In this document: positions 8,605-18,782 of the stretch, piece by piece
Position numbering within the stretch: the first letter of the stretch is position 1
Layout: every line of letters begins with the position of its first letter
Origin: Candidatus Dojkabacteria bacterium
Lineage (GTDB): Bacteria > Patescibacteriota > Dojkabacteria > JAFGLO01
DNA length: 64,000 nt
Direction of reading: 5' to 3'
NCBI GenBank assembly: GCA_016927995.1
Contig: JAFGLO010000015.1
Coordinates: 75,430 to 139,429 of the forward strand
Position numbers and translations under genes: made by a program
The notes under the pieces: model-generated
Seen by the model: the letters and a program-made list of their open reading frames with translations, nothing else
Database searches by the model: none
Told to the model about the DNA's origin: nothing

Positions 8605-9716
8605 AAATTGCTGCCGAAATTGCAACTTCGGAGTTACGGGCATGTTATACATCCGATGGTATTATTGCCGGATCTACAACGTATGACGACTATTGGACGG
8701 GGGATTTTTTCTGGGCTGCACTTGGAGCTTTGAGCTTAGGCGATGTTGCTCCTGTTATTTCTCATGTAAAATTGCTTGCAAGGTTTCAGCGAAAAAGTGG
8801 ACAGATTCCATTTTTAATAAGAAGAAATTTTCCGGTTCTCCCATTTTGTGGAATAAAGGTTGGAATTCCTTATATCTCACAAGTAAGAAGTCATAAGTTT
8901 TTCTTTTTAAGCTCGTTTTCTGACAGCACTCCATATTTTATTATTTTACTTTCGGAATTGTGGGAAAAAGGAATTTTAGAAAAAGCAGATTATTTAGAAA
9001 ATTTTAGACATGCTGTTAACTGGTGTATACAAAGAATAGGCAAGGATAACCTTGTATTTGATTTACCAATATCTGGTTGGAACGATGGAGTTTACAAGCT
9101 TGGTAAAGTGCTCTATACAAATGTGCTATTTTATAAAGCGTTAGTGGAAGCTGGTTCAATTTCCAGTGAGGCTAGAGATATTTCTCAAAGGGTCTTAAAG
9201 TCGATTCGTGAAAAGCTATGGGGTAATGGTTATTATAATGACTGGGTATTTTTAAAATCTCATACAAACTTTTGTACTGTAGGCAATATGCTTGCAGTAG
9301 TTTATGACGTCGCGACAAAAGCAGAAGTTGTATCAATATTGGATTTTGTGGAAAAAAATCTATATAAGGATCCTTTTGTTAGTACTGTTTTTCCGGCATA
9401 TAAACAACACAAAATTGATATTTGGAATCGGCTTAGTGGAATGGGCGATTATGCCAACGGAAGTAGTGTGTACTGGCTTGAGCCTGTGCTTTTATATGTA
9501 ATCGCACTTGCCCAAATTGGACTTAAATCCAAAGCCGTTAATATCTTTAAGAAAGTGGCTAGTCAGATAGTAAGGTCGATAGGGGTGTACGAGATATATG
9601 ATTCGAAAGGAAAACCGTTTAGCAGTAGGTTATATAAATCTGAACATCCTTTTGCAAGGAGTTGCGGACTCTTTCTTTTAGCAAAAGAATCGCTTAAAGA
9701 TTTTCACCACCAATAA
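8574..9716 (+). CDS. (alpha/alpha)6-barrel glycoside-hydrolase-like protein (GDE_C / amylo-alpha-1,6-glucosidase-like)
   Basis: Composition and motifs (YDDYWTGDFFWAALGA, WNDG, YYNDW) resemble six-hairpin glycosidases. Overlaps the trmD 3' end by 31 nt. Confidence 0.35.
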   Translation: MARVSAQENIKIAAEIATSELRACYTSDGIIAGSTTYDDYWTGDFFWAALGALSLGDVAPVISHVKLLARFQRKSGQIPFLIRRNFPVLPFCGIKVGIPYISQVRSHKFFFLSSFSDSTPYFIILLSELWEKGILEKADYLENFRHAVNWCIQRIGKDNLVFDLPISGWNDGVYKLGKVLYTNVLFYKALVEAGSISSEARDISQRVLKSIREKLWGNGYYNDWVFLKSHTNFCTVGNMLAVVYDVATKAEVVSILDFVEKNLYKDPFVSTVFPAYKQHKIDIWNRLSGMGDYANGSSVYWLEPVLLYVIALAQIGLKSKAVNIFKKVASQIVRSIGVYEIYDSKGKPFSSRLYKSEHPFARSCGLFLLAKESLKDFHHQ

Positions 9717-10266
9717 GGATAATGTTTTTAGGATCCAGAATTCGTTCTATAAACATATCACGTTTTTTGCGCCTAAAGTCGAACTCATCTTTTGTTAGAA
9801 CGGAATACTTAATTTCGCGCTTTTCTTCTGTTTCGACTTGTTTTACAAGGTGGCTTGCAACGGGCACGTGAATTTCTCCGACCAATAAAAGGTCGACATC
9901 GTACTGGTTTTTGTGGGTATTGTTAACATAGTTTATTGTTAAAATAGCAATTTGAACATTTCCAATAGCCGTTGAATTTTGAATGATACTTTTCCCAAGT
10001 CCTGTTGTTTTATATACAAGTCTTAGAAATTCTTCATAAAGTGGAAATTGCGGATTGGCAGAAAACATTTTTTTTCGACCGGCCTTTTCGGCTTTAATAA
10101 AGCCAATATCGAGTAGGTTAGCAAGCTCACGGCTTACGGCATTTACCTGTTTTTTTATAATTCTAGAGATGCTTCTTAGGTGGATTTTTTCTCCCGGGTT
10201 TTTAATAAACCAGGTAATAAGTGATCTTCTTGTGTCAGCAGTTAGTATCTTGTCTAATATGTCCAT
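9694..10266 (-). CDS. Winged-helix (ArsR/MarR-like) DNA-binding protein, possibly with a C-terminal nucleotidyltransferase-like domain
   Basis: The N-terminal 90 aa look like a winged HTH. The C-terminal G..x..YDVDLLLVGE stretch is weakly NTase-like. Confidence 0.35.
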   Translation of the reverse strand: MDILDKILTADTRRSLITWFIKNPGEKIHLRSISRIIKKQVNAVSRELANLLDIGFIKAEKAGRKKMFSANPQFPLYEEFLRLVYKTTGLGKSIIQNSTAIGNVQIAILTINYVNNTHKNQYDVDLLLVGEIHVPVASHLVKQVETEEKREIKYSVLTKDEFDFRRKKRDMFIERILDPKNIILIGGENL

Positions 10267-10330
10267 ATAGAAATTCTAAAGGTTAATATACTACTATACC
10301 ATACTTTTTGTGAACATTTCAATAATCAGG

Positions 10331-11680
10331 CTACCTGTCTTGCAATGTATACAGGTTTATCGGAAGAATCATAACCCAGATTTGACCCCTATTAAATACT
10401 ACCTCCTCATTGGTTCCTCTAACGTAATATTTTGTTCTGTCGTTAACATTGGATTTACTCCATGTCGCATCGATTTTTTTACCGTCTATATAAATTGTAG
10501 CGTTTCCTTGTCCCGTGGTCCCAAGTATAAGATGACCCTCATAATCAAAGCTTTGAGTAAATGTAGTCTCCTCAATGATTACTGTTTTAACGGAGATTTG
10601 ACTACCCGTTATTGCGTCAACATGAGGTTGTCCGGCTAAATATCGTTTATAAGAATTGGAATCTTTGTCATATTTAAACTCAACGTCCATTCCGGATGTA
10701 AAGTTCTTCCAGGGTATAACATAGCACGAGGTTTCACCTCGATTGGTGTACGTTGCATCGGTTTTAAAAGGAGGGTTAGTGAAATTACTTTCCATACTAT
10801 AGCCAAGTGTTTTAGCAGCACTGATCATATCTTCTGTGTTTACGTATGCGTTGTGTGGTGATGCACGCTTGCTGTCTCGCCAATAAATGTCGGAGAATCC
10901 AACGGTTTTAACGTTGTATGTAAATAATGCACCCATTGCATTTGTATTTGGACTGTCTGTTACGGCCCCGCCAATATGGGCATAGATTGCATCGAATGGC
11001 AGAAGCCAGTGAATATAATAAAGCCTTGTGCTTCTTACCGGACCTACGTATTCAGGCATGTGTGACCAATAAATTGGCATGAATCTTGTAATTCCGCCTT
11101 CTGCAAGTGTTTCAAAAACGATATCGGCATATATAAGTCCCGTTTGGGGTCTTGCGTCGGGGTGGTTCTCTATCATCACGGCGATTGGGGGTGTTTCTGT
11201 CATTTTTTCGTATTCTTTTACAGACATAAATATCCCGTTTATTGGGTTCTCCATGGTTTTAGGGTCAGAAATCTGTTCCAAAAATATGCTTGGGTTGGGA
11301 TTGTTTACTTTTGCGTCAATATCAGAGGGAAGATTGATTTTTTGTGGGTCAACTCTACTGGTAATTGACGTGTAGGTGAAATATCCGATTCCTCCGATTA
11401 TTAAGGCAAATGGAAGTGATATTACAAGTATTCGTGGGACGAATGGTAGTTTTGAGACCCAGTTCTTGATGGCTTTTAAAAACTTTAAGAGTTTACGTTC
11501 TTTTATTTTGGTGGGAATTGAGGATTCTAATGGGGTATGTGTCATTGGAGATGTGGCATGTTTTGGGTCGATCGGTGAATTGGTAGCGGTTGAATGTGTT
11601 TTCGAGGGTAAGCTTTGATTAATGTTGGGGTTTTTTGTGGTATCAATGATTTTCATTTTTATGGTGCTTAAGTTAATCAA
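10331..11680 (-). CDS. Membrane-anchored extracytoplasmic protein, DUF3048 (YerB-like) family candidate
   Basis: N-terminal Pro/Thr/Ser-rich region, a transmembrane helix, then a large conserved domain (MPIYWSHMPEYVGPVRSTRLYYIHW...). Confidence 0.3.
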   Translation of the reverse strand: MINLSTIKMKIIDTTKNPNINQSLPSKTHSTATNSPIDPKHATSPMTHTPLESSIPTKIKERKLLKFLKAIKNWVSKLPFVPRILVISLPFALIIGGIGYFTYTSITSRVDPQKINLPSDIDAKVNNPNPSIFLEQISDPKTMENPINGIFMSVKEYEKMTETPPIAVMIENHPDARPQTGLIYADIVFETLAEGGITRFMPIYWSHMPEYVGPVRSTRLYYIHWLLPFDAIYAHIGGAVTDSPNTNAMGALFTYNVKTVGFSDIYWRDSKRASPHNAYVNTEDMISAAKTLGYSMESNFTNPPFKTDATYTNRGETSCYVIPWKNFTSGMDVEFKYDKDSNSYKRYLAGQPHVDAITGSQISVKTVIIEETTFTQSFDYEGHLILGTTGQGNATIYIDGKKIDATWSKSNVNDRTKYYVRGTNEEVVFNRGQIWVMILPINLYTLQDR

Positions 11681-11812
11681 TCGTTATACGAATAGTATAC
11701 GTTAAATTTTGTTTATTGTAACTATCTATTGTGGCAAAATGTCAGTTTAATTGGTTTACACACGAGGGTTGGTTTGTTACAATCGAGCCACTAAGTTTTA
11801 AAGGTATTTTAG

Positions 11813-12826
11813 ATGGTAAAGCAAAAGAATGATGACAGTATTGCCGTTGCTTCAAAAGATAGTGCCATTAGTGTTGCCGTGTCCGAGATTGAAAAAATGT
11901 TCGGTAAAGGTTCAATTATGCGTTTGGGTGACAAAAAACATGTTGATGTTGATGTAATTCCAACCGGAGCGCTTTCATTGGACGTTGCGCTTGGGGTCGG
12001 TGGGGTCCCGCGCGGTAGAATAATAGAAATTTATGGACCTGAATCTTCAGGCAAAACTACGCTAGCATTGCATATTGTTGCTGAAGCCCAGAAAAAGGGC
12101 GGAAGAGCCGCTTATATTGATGCAGAACATGCACTTGACCCTGTTTATGCAAGCAACTTAGGAGTCAATATTAAGGAACTTTACATTTCTCAACCAGACT
12201 ATGGTGAACAGGCACTTGAAATATTAGAAATGCTTGTACGCTCGGGTGCAATGGATGTTATCGTTATTGATTCAGTGGCCGCACTTACACCAAAGGCCGA
12301 AATAGAAGGAAATATGGGTGATACACACATGGGTCTTTTGGCAAGACTAATGTCTCAGGCATTACGCAAATTAACTGCAATCTCAGCCAAAACAGGAACA
12401 ACCGTAATATTTCTGAATCAAATAAGGTTAAACATTGGTGTATTTGTTGGCAACCCGGAAACAACTACCGGAGGTAAGGCGCTTAAATTCTACTCGTCCG
12501 TTCGAATGGACATTCGACAGCGCGAAAAAATCACCGAAGGTGACGAGATTGTTGGACATTTGCGGGAGGTCAAGGTTGTTAAAAACAAGGTTGCCCCACC
12601 ATTCAGACGGGCAACATTTGCAATTATTTATCCACAAGGAATGGACAAAGAATCAAGTATCATTGACGCAGCAATAAAAGTTGGTGTACTTGAAAAGAAA
12701 GGCGCATGGATAAGTATGGAAGGAAAACAAATTGCACAAGGTCAGTCAAAGATGATTCAGCTTCTTAAGGAAGATACAAAGTTTTGCAAGGATATTGAGA
12801 AAAAAGTAAGGGAAAAAATTAAGTAA
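11813..12826 (+). CDS. recA: Recombinase RecA
   Basis: Walker [10 protein letters not shown] and the canonical RecA sequence throughout. Confidence 0.95.
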   Translation: MVKQKNDDSIAVASKDSAISVAVSEIEKMFGKGSIMRLGDKKHVDVDVIPTGALSLDVALGVGGVPRGRIIEIYGPESSGKTTLALHIVAEAQKKGGRAAYIDAEHALDPVYASNLGVNIKELYISQPDYGEQALEILEMLVRSGAMDVIVIDSVAALTPKAEIEGNMGDTHMGLLARLMSQALRKLTAISAKTGTTVIFLNQIRLNIGVFVGNPETTTGGKALKFYSSVRMDIRQREKITEGDEIVGHLREVKVVKNKVAPPFRRATFAIIYPQGMDKESSIIDAAIKVGVLEKKGAWISMEGKQIAQGQSKMIQLLKEDTKFCKDIEKKVREKIK

Positions 12827-12833
12827 TATAATT

Positions 12834-14519
12834 ATGGCGCGATGGATCCTTTCCGATAACTCCATTCTGGAAGGTAATATCCCATCAGACTTATCGGACT
12901 ACAATCCTTATTTACTGCAACTTTTGTTTAACCGTGGTGTAACGGACAGAATAAGTATTGAAAAATTCTTACACCCGCAAATTTCCGATTTACCACATCT
13001 TTCGGAGTTCAAAGATCTTCGGAAAATCGTTGATAGAATAAATCTTGCCGTCGAGCGAAAAGAAAAGGTATATATTCACGGCGATTACGATGTTGATGGT
13101 ATGACTGCTACGGCAATTTTGTGGGAGTATCTTTACAATCGACTAAAACTTAATGTGCTTCCATATATTCCGGATCGGGAAGGTGAGGGTTACGGCTTAA
13201 CTGACTCATCAATATCTACAATGTCCAAACGTGGAGTAAACCTTGTAATAACTGTTGACTGCGGCATAAGAGATCATGAACTGATTGATAAATGGAGCAA
13301 GAAGGGAATTGACTTTATAGTTACCGATCATCATCAATTGCCTGCTAAAATGCCGGATTGTTTAGTTTTGCATCCGGAAGTAAAAAGTAAAAAAGGGTTT
13401 TTAGGTACATCCGGGGCTGCAATTTCTTGGATTTTGGTGTGCGGTTGTGAATATTTTAAAGATACTAAGAACTTTTCATATCTTAATATTCCGGGCTTGG
13501 ATCTTGTCGCGATATCAATACTTTCGGATATGATTAACAGTATAGGAGTAAACAGGGTTCTTCTTTGGTATGGGCTGGAACAGCTTAAACTAACAAAGCG
13601 TGCAGGCTTAATAGCCTTATATCAGGCACTTGGTTTAAATTCACTAGAAATTTCGTCGGCAGACCTTTCGTACAAAATCATTCCGAGACTTAATTCTTGT
13701 GGTCGGATTGGGGATCCACTTGATCCCGTTAGGTTACTTGTTGCAGACACCGAAGAAATTGCCGAAAAACATGTGCTTAAAATAAATGATTTAAATGATA
13801 AAAGAAAAGGAATAACTACAGATCTTTATAATCAAGCGAAAGCCCAAACTGTTGATGATAGTTCCAGCACACTTGTTGTTATTGGTGAGGATTGGCCCGA
13901 GGGTCTAGTCGGACTTGTTGCCGGTAGACTTAACTCCGAATTTAACAAAGTTTCAGTAGTGTTAAGTAAACGACCGGATAGGTCCGTTGGATCGATTAGG
14001 AGTATATCCAGTGTAAACATTGTATCTGTACTTGAATCAATGCAAGAGCTTTTGGAAAAGTTCGGCGGACATGACCAAGCAGCAGGCTTTACCGTTAATA
14101 CTGAAAATATAGACAATTTTGTTAGTAAACTAAGAGCAAGTATTAATGAAATAACAAACAAGGAAGAACGTTATGTTACCCATAACATTGAGCTTAGTTT
14201 AAAACCCGATGAATTTGACTGGAAGTTACTTTTGACAATTCAGCAGTTAAGGCCGTTTGGTGAAGGAAATCAGGAACCATTAATTATGTTACGCAGTGGT
14301 AGGATTGATGCAATAAAAATTGTCGGCGATTCACACCTTAAACTAACTGTCGGAGGAGAGTATAATTACATAGACTGTATAGGATTTTCGCTTGCCGAAA
14401 AGACAGCAACCGTTAAAATCGGAAACATTGTTGATCTTGTAGGATATCTCGAGGTAAACAAATGGAACGGTAGTGAGTCATTGCAGTTCAGATTTATCGA
14501 TATTCGAGTAACAGATTAA
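12834..14519 (+). CDS. recJ: Single-stranded-DNA-specific exonuclease RecJ
   Basis: DHH motifs (HGDYDVDGMTA, VTDHHQ) and DHHA1 (GGHDQAAGF). Confidence 0.85.
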   Translation: MARWILSDNSILEGNIPSDLSDYNPYLLQLLFNRGVTDRISIEKFLHPQISDLPHLSEFKDLRKIVDRINLAVERKEKVYIHGDYDVDGMTATAILWEYLYNRLKLNVLPYIPDREGEGYGLTDSSISTMSKRGVNLVITVDCGIRDHELIDKWSKKGIDFIVTDHHQLPAKMPDCLVLHPEVKSKKGFLGTSGAAISWILVCGCEYFKDTKNFSYLNIPGLDLVAISILSDMINSIGVNRVLLWYGLEQLKLTKRAGLIALYQALGLNSLEISSADLSYKIIPRLNSCGRIGDPLDPVRLLVADTEEIAEKHVLKINDLNDKRKGITTDLYNQAKAQTVDDSSSTLVVIGEDWPEGLVGLVAGRLNSEFNKVSVVLSKRPDRSVGSIRSISSVNIVSVLESMQELLEKFGGHDQAAGFTVNTENIDNFVSKLRASINEITNKEERYVTHNIELSLKPDEFDWKLLLTIQQLRPFGEGNQEPLIMLRSGRIDAIKIVGDSHLKLTVGGEYNYIDCIGFSLAEKTATVKIGNIVDLVGYLEVNKWNGSESLQFRFIDIRVTD

Positions 14520-14520
14520 C

Positions 14521-15717
14521 ATGGATTTCTCTAAAATGCATCAAAACTTTCTAAGTCCTGAACCGAAAGATAATACCGGTTTATTATCCAATAATTTACC
14601 GGAGTCCAAGTTTCAAGTTGAACATGGATTGAAAAAGCAACCCTCTAACGAATCCTCTAATATTATCGATTCGGATGTTACTGCTGGTACTAGTAATCAG
14701 TCAGCCCAAACATTCTCCACAGATTTAAAAGAAAAGCCGATATATGTTTCGGGAAGTTGGAAAGACCTTGAGGCAAGACCGTTTAACCCCAAGACCATTT
14801 TTCTTATTGCTTTTATCATCACTCTTCCAATACTTATTTTTGTAATAAAAGGTATTTTTACCACAAGTGAGGCTGCAGGAAATTATTTAGTAGGAGCGGA
14901 CATTGTTGACCCAAATATTCAGATTGATAGTAAGGCGCAACCTGCAGTGGAGTTAAAAAATTTTTCAATAGACTATGCTGAATGTGTTGATAAGCTTTCG
15001 GCCGCATTGATTGTTGATTTGTCAACGGGCGAGGAGATCTTTGCATACAATGCTTCAAATAAACGTGCCATTGCAAGTATATCCAAATTGATAACAGCCT
15101 ATGTCGCATACAATACTTACAGTAAGGACCAGCTGTTAACGGTGGTTACACCAAGGTATTATTATGGTAGTCAACTTGGACTTTTAGAAGGTGAATTTCT
15201 TACAGTTGATGATCTTGTTTCGGCAATTCTGATTCAGTCTTCGAATGACGCAGCTTATATTCTTGCCGACAATTATCCCGGCGGATATAACAATTTTATT
15301 GCCGAAATGAATAATTTTGCAAGTTCACTTGGGCTTACAAATACAAACTTTGCAAATCCCGTTGGACTTGATGACTCCCTTCAGTATTCTTCTGCCGCAG
15401 ATGTTGTCAAGATTCTAAATGTAATTCTAAATATTTCTTACCTAAGGGGTAAACTTGAAACAAGTAATAAGGATATTTCGGTATATACAATGGATGGTGA
15501 ATTTATTCGGGAAATTAATCTTACAAACATTAACGAACTGTTAATCGATGATTTGGTTGATGGTGGGAAAACCGGCTATACCGGTAGTGCCGGTGGTTGC
15601 CTTGTTAGCTATGTAGGTGATGTTGTGTATGTTGTCCTAGGGTCTTACGATAGATTTGAAAGTACGAAGTGTTTACTGGGAGTGGGTGAAGCAGTAAGTA
15701 GTGAAGCAGTGAAATAG
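14521..15717 (+). CDS. D-alanyl-D-alanine carboxypeptidase (PBP5/6-like, peptidase S11)
   Basis: SxxK (ASISK), SxN (SSND) and KTG (KTGYT) motifs. N-terminal transmembrane anchor. Confidence 0.75.
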   Translation: MDFSKMHQNFLSPEPKDNTGLLSNNLPESKFQVEHGLKKQPSNESSNIIDSDVTAGTSNQSAQTFSTDLKEKPIYVSGSWKDLEARPFNPKTIFLIAFIITLPILIFVIKGIFTTSEAAGNYLVGADIVDPNIQIDSKAQPAVELKNFSIDYAECVDKLSAALIVDLSTGEEIFAYNASNKRAIASISKLITAYVAYNTYSKDQLLTVVTPRYYYGSQLGLLEGEFLTVDDLVSAILIQSSNDAAYILADNYPGGYNNFIAEMNNFASSLGLTNTNFANPVGLDDSLQYSSAADVVKILNVILNISYLRGKLETSNKDISVYTMDGEFIREINLTNINELLIDDLVDGGKTGYTGSAGGCLVSYVGDVVYVVLGSYDRFESTKCLLGVGEAVSSEAVK

Positions 15718-15885
15718 TGAAGTAATCCTCCGGAAGATAACTATGAGAGAAGTGGCAAGCTTTAACAATAAAAATAAAACAGATAAAGGGTTCACTTCGA
15801 ACATAGGAATCAACGGAAGCTTACGCAGTAAGTAGTAAAGTAGTGAAACAGTCACCTGTTACAGATTTGTCCCTAAGGAAGTAAA

Positions 15886-17109
15886 CTAATACTTTATTGC
15901 CGGAACGTAAATAACGAAATCAGCTTTACCATAACTTGTGTTGGCTTCACCAGTAAAAACATAAACCGGTTGTAGGAATTCCTGTTCGTAGCTAGTGTCT
16001 AAATATGCAAGCGAGATATCAAAGACTCTAAGTGAGGTTACAACGGTATCGGCCGGAACGGTATCAAGCGTTAGTGCACCGTCAAGCTTTAAACTGACCA
16101 GATAACCATTACCGGTTTTAATTTTTTGAACAGCGTTTTCCTCACCAATTAGTTCATAGGTTCCGCAAGGCGCTTCCGAAATCGGCCAGTTGGTATAGTT
16201 AAAAAAAAGAAGTGAATCTTTTGCGGTGGTATATCGCTCAGCTCCGGCTAGCACAATAAATATATTTGATTGACTGGGCTTTTCGGTAACAAGAGGTACG
16301 TTGTAGGCGCGTACAACAATATTTTTGCCATCTGATTGCAATCTTTGCTTTGGGGCATTAGCTAATTCTTTTTGGAGAAAGGCGCCAAGTTCTCTACTTT
16401 CAAGATATTCCTCTTCAATTACCACAATTGCCTTGGTTTTGACATAATCGATTCTAAGTACATCTGCATCAATTCGAGAGGCTGTTTCTTGTAGATTGTT
16501 TTGTGAGGTCACAAGTAAATACCTGGTAATTGTTTTCGATTCGTCAATATTAGAAGGCATTATGCCTAGACCGGTAATCAAAGACTTTGCAGATGAAGTG
16601 ATTGAATTAACGTCAATGATACTTGAGCTCGATGGTTGGAAATAGGATAGGTTTGTACTTATTGTGAAGTTTTGATTTCGTGTTTCTACAACCATAATTT
16701 TTCCCTTTGCCGTATTGGTGAATATATAGGCAGTTTGTCCCTCGCGGCGTATTGTTTCAGGATCGAATCCGAGCGACTTTGCAAGTGATTTTGCAATGTC
16801 CATTACTCCAAGATCGGGTGAGACTTCATATTTGTAGACGTTAACAATTTTGGGAAGGCCAGGATATTTTCCGGTCTCTGTTTCAATTTCAAGGTTCTCA
16901 AAATTTACCTCAAGCGGAAGTCCGGTGAGACTGGGTGGATAAACTTTGCCGCAACCGTTGTTTGCAATAATATACTTGTCAGGAAGTTTAGGCCCTGGAT
17001 ACAAAAAAGCAACAAGTTGCCAAATTCCAAGCACAAAGAGTATAGCAACACCAACGATTATTCCACCTTTTTTTGTCCAGTAGGACGCCTCTGTAAGTGT
17101 CATTGCCAA
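15886..17109 (-). CDS. Hypothetical secreted or membrane-anchored protein
   Basis: N-terminal transmembrane helix. No recognisable domain. Confidence 0.4.
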   Translation of the reverse strand: MAMTLTEASYWTKKGGIIVGVAILFVLGIWQLVAFLYPGPKLPDKYIIANNGCGKVYPPSLTGLPLEVNFENLEIETETGKYPGLPKIVNVYKYEVSPDLGVMDIAKSLAKSLGFDPETIRREGQTAYIFTNTAKGKIMVVETRNQNFTISTNLSYFQPSSSSIIDVNSITSSAKSLITGLGIMPSNIDESKTITRYLLVTSQNNLQETASRIDADVLRIDYVKTKAIVVIEEEYLESRELGAFLQKELANAPKQRLQSDGKNIVVRAYNVPLVTEKPSQSNIFIVLAGAERYTTAKDSLLFFNYTNWPISEAPCGTYELIGEENAVQKIKTGNGYLVSLKLDGALTLDTVPADTVVTSLRVFDISLAYLDTSYEQEFLQPVYVFTGEANTSYGKADFVIYVPAIKY

Positions 17110-17176
17110 ATTGAAGTAAAGATTTAACTAGAGTATACTTCTGTTATGAATATAGCTTAATTATGATACTTCGTCA

Positions 17177-18718
17177 ATGAATAAAGTTCGTGTAAGGGCC
17201 GCTCCAAGTCCGACAGGGAAGGTGCATATAGGGAATATTCGTACGTACCTTTATAACTATCTTCTTGTTAGAAAATACGGTGGTGCCAATATTATCCGTA
17301 TAGAAGACACCGATCAGAAACGAAAGGTTCCACAGGGTGTTGAAGCAATGATAGAAGCCTATGAAGCCTATGGAATTACCTTTGACGAAGGGCCTCATGT
17401 TGGTGGATTGCATGGACCATACGTTCAGTCCGAGCGCAAAGAAATCTATTCAAAGTATGCTCACGAATTAGTCGAAAAGGGTGCAGCATATTACTGCTTT
17501 TGCACGGAAAAAAGATTGCAGGAGGTGCGTAGCCGTCAGCAAGAGAATAAGGAGAGAGTGATGTACGATCGTGCCTGTAGAAATCTCTCAAAGGAAGAAG
17601 CCCAAAAACGTGTGAACGCCGGTGAAAAATACGTTGTACGAATGAAGTTTCCGCTTGCGGGTTTTACCGAATTTAACGATGTTATTTATGGGAAAATCAG
17701 AATAAATAATAATGAAATTGATGATATGGTTCTGCTTAAATCCGATGGCTTACCAACCTACCATTTCGCAGTAGTAGTTGATGACCATCTGATGCAAGTA
17801 ACACATGTTATTCGAGGACGAGAGTATCTTACTCAGACCACTAGAAATGTATTTCTCTATAACGCTTTCGGATGGGAGCAACCTATATGGGTAAATGTTC
17901 CACAAATTCTTAATCCCGATGGTAAAGGAAAGTTAAGCAAACGCCACGGGGCAATGCCTGCGCTTGCATATTTACGTAAAGGATACCTAAAAGAGGCGGT
18001 AATTAATTATATAATGCTTTGTGGTTGGTCGCCTCCACCTGAAAAGTCCAATCAGGACGACATCTATTCTGTCGAGGAACTTATTTCCCTTTTTGATTTG
18101 ACGCGATTTCAAAAGGCTGGTGCCAGGTACGATCAAAAGAAACTTGATTATATAAATGGAAAACATATAAGAAACCTTAGTATCGACAAGCTTTGTTCGG
18201 TGATAATATCTTGGGGTGAAAACCTAGTGCTTAAGCCGTTTATTACTGACAAATACGAGGATCCGGAGCCGTGGGAGGCAAGTCTTAAACAAAAGATTTC
18301 TAAACTCCTACCATTATGGAAGGCTGACCTGAATAAGTTTAAAAGAATTCTAGAACTTGTTCAGGAGCGAATGGTTTTACTTTCCGACATCTTAGATAGT
18401 ACTCTGTTTTTTTATGAGCAGATTAAGTCACCGGAACTAAGTACGGTAAAAGGGCTTGCTGCATACGAATCTACCGTTTTGGAAAATGCCAAAGAAAAAT
18501 ACACTGAAGTCTTTAACGGATACAATGATTTATCCGATATTTCGCAAGAGAAATGGGTTGCAGATGTAAGATCAACGGCTGATGAATTTGGCATAAAGCA
18601 TGGTGATTTGTTCATGCTTGTTCGTGTACTTATCTGTGGATCGGAATTTTCACCACCACTTTTTGAATGCTTGCAGCTTCTTGGAAAGAAAGAAGTCTTG
18701 GCAAGGCTTTCGCAATAA
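17177..18718 (+). CDS. gltX: Glutamyl-tRNA synthetase
   Basis: HIGH motif (PSPTGKVHIGNIRT) and KMSKS (KLSKRHG). 513 aa. Confidence 0.9.
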   Translation: MNKVRVRAAPSPTGKVHIGNIRTYLYNYLLVRKYGGANIIRIEDTDQKRKVPQGVEAMIEAYEAYGITFDEGPHVGGLHGPYVQSERKEIYSKYAHELVEKGAAYYCFCTEKRLQEVRSRQQENKERVMYDRACRNLSKEEAQKRVNAGEKYVVRMKFPLAGFTEFNDVIYGKIRINNNEIDDMVLLKSDGLPTYHFAVVVDDHLMQVTHVIRGREYLTQTTRNVFLYNAFGWEQPIWVNVPQILNPDGKGKLSKRHGAMPALAYLRKGYLKEAVINYIMLCGWSPPPEKSNQDDIYSVEELISLFDLTRFQKAGARYDQKKLDYINGKHIRNLSIDKLCSVIISWGENLVLKPFITDKYEDPEPWEASLKQKISKLLPLWKADLNKFKRILELVQERMVLLSDILDSTLFFYEQIKSPELSTVKGLAAYESTVLENAKEKYTEVFNGYNDLSDISQEKWVADVRSTADEFGIKHGDLFMLVRVLICGSEFSPPLFECLQLLGKKEVLARLSQ

Positions 18719-18782
18719 GTTGCAAACTGTTGCTATGGATTTGATTTAAACGTAAACTTATATATAAAATAAGATTTATAAA

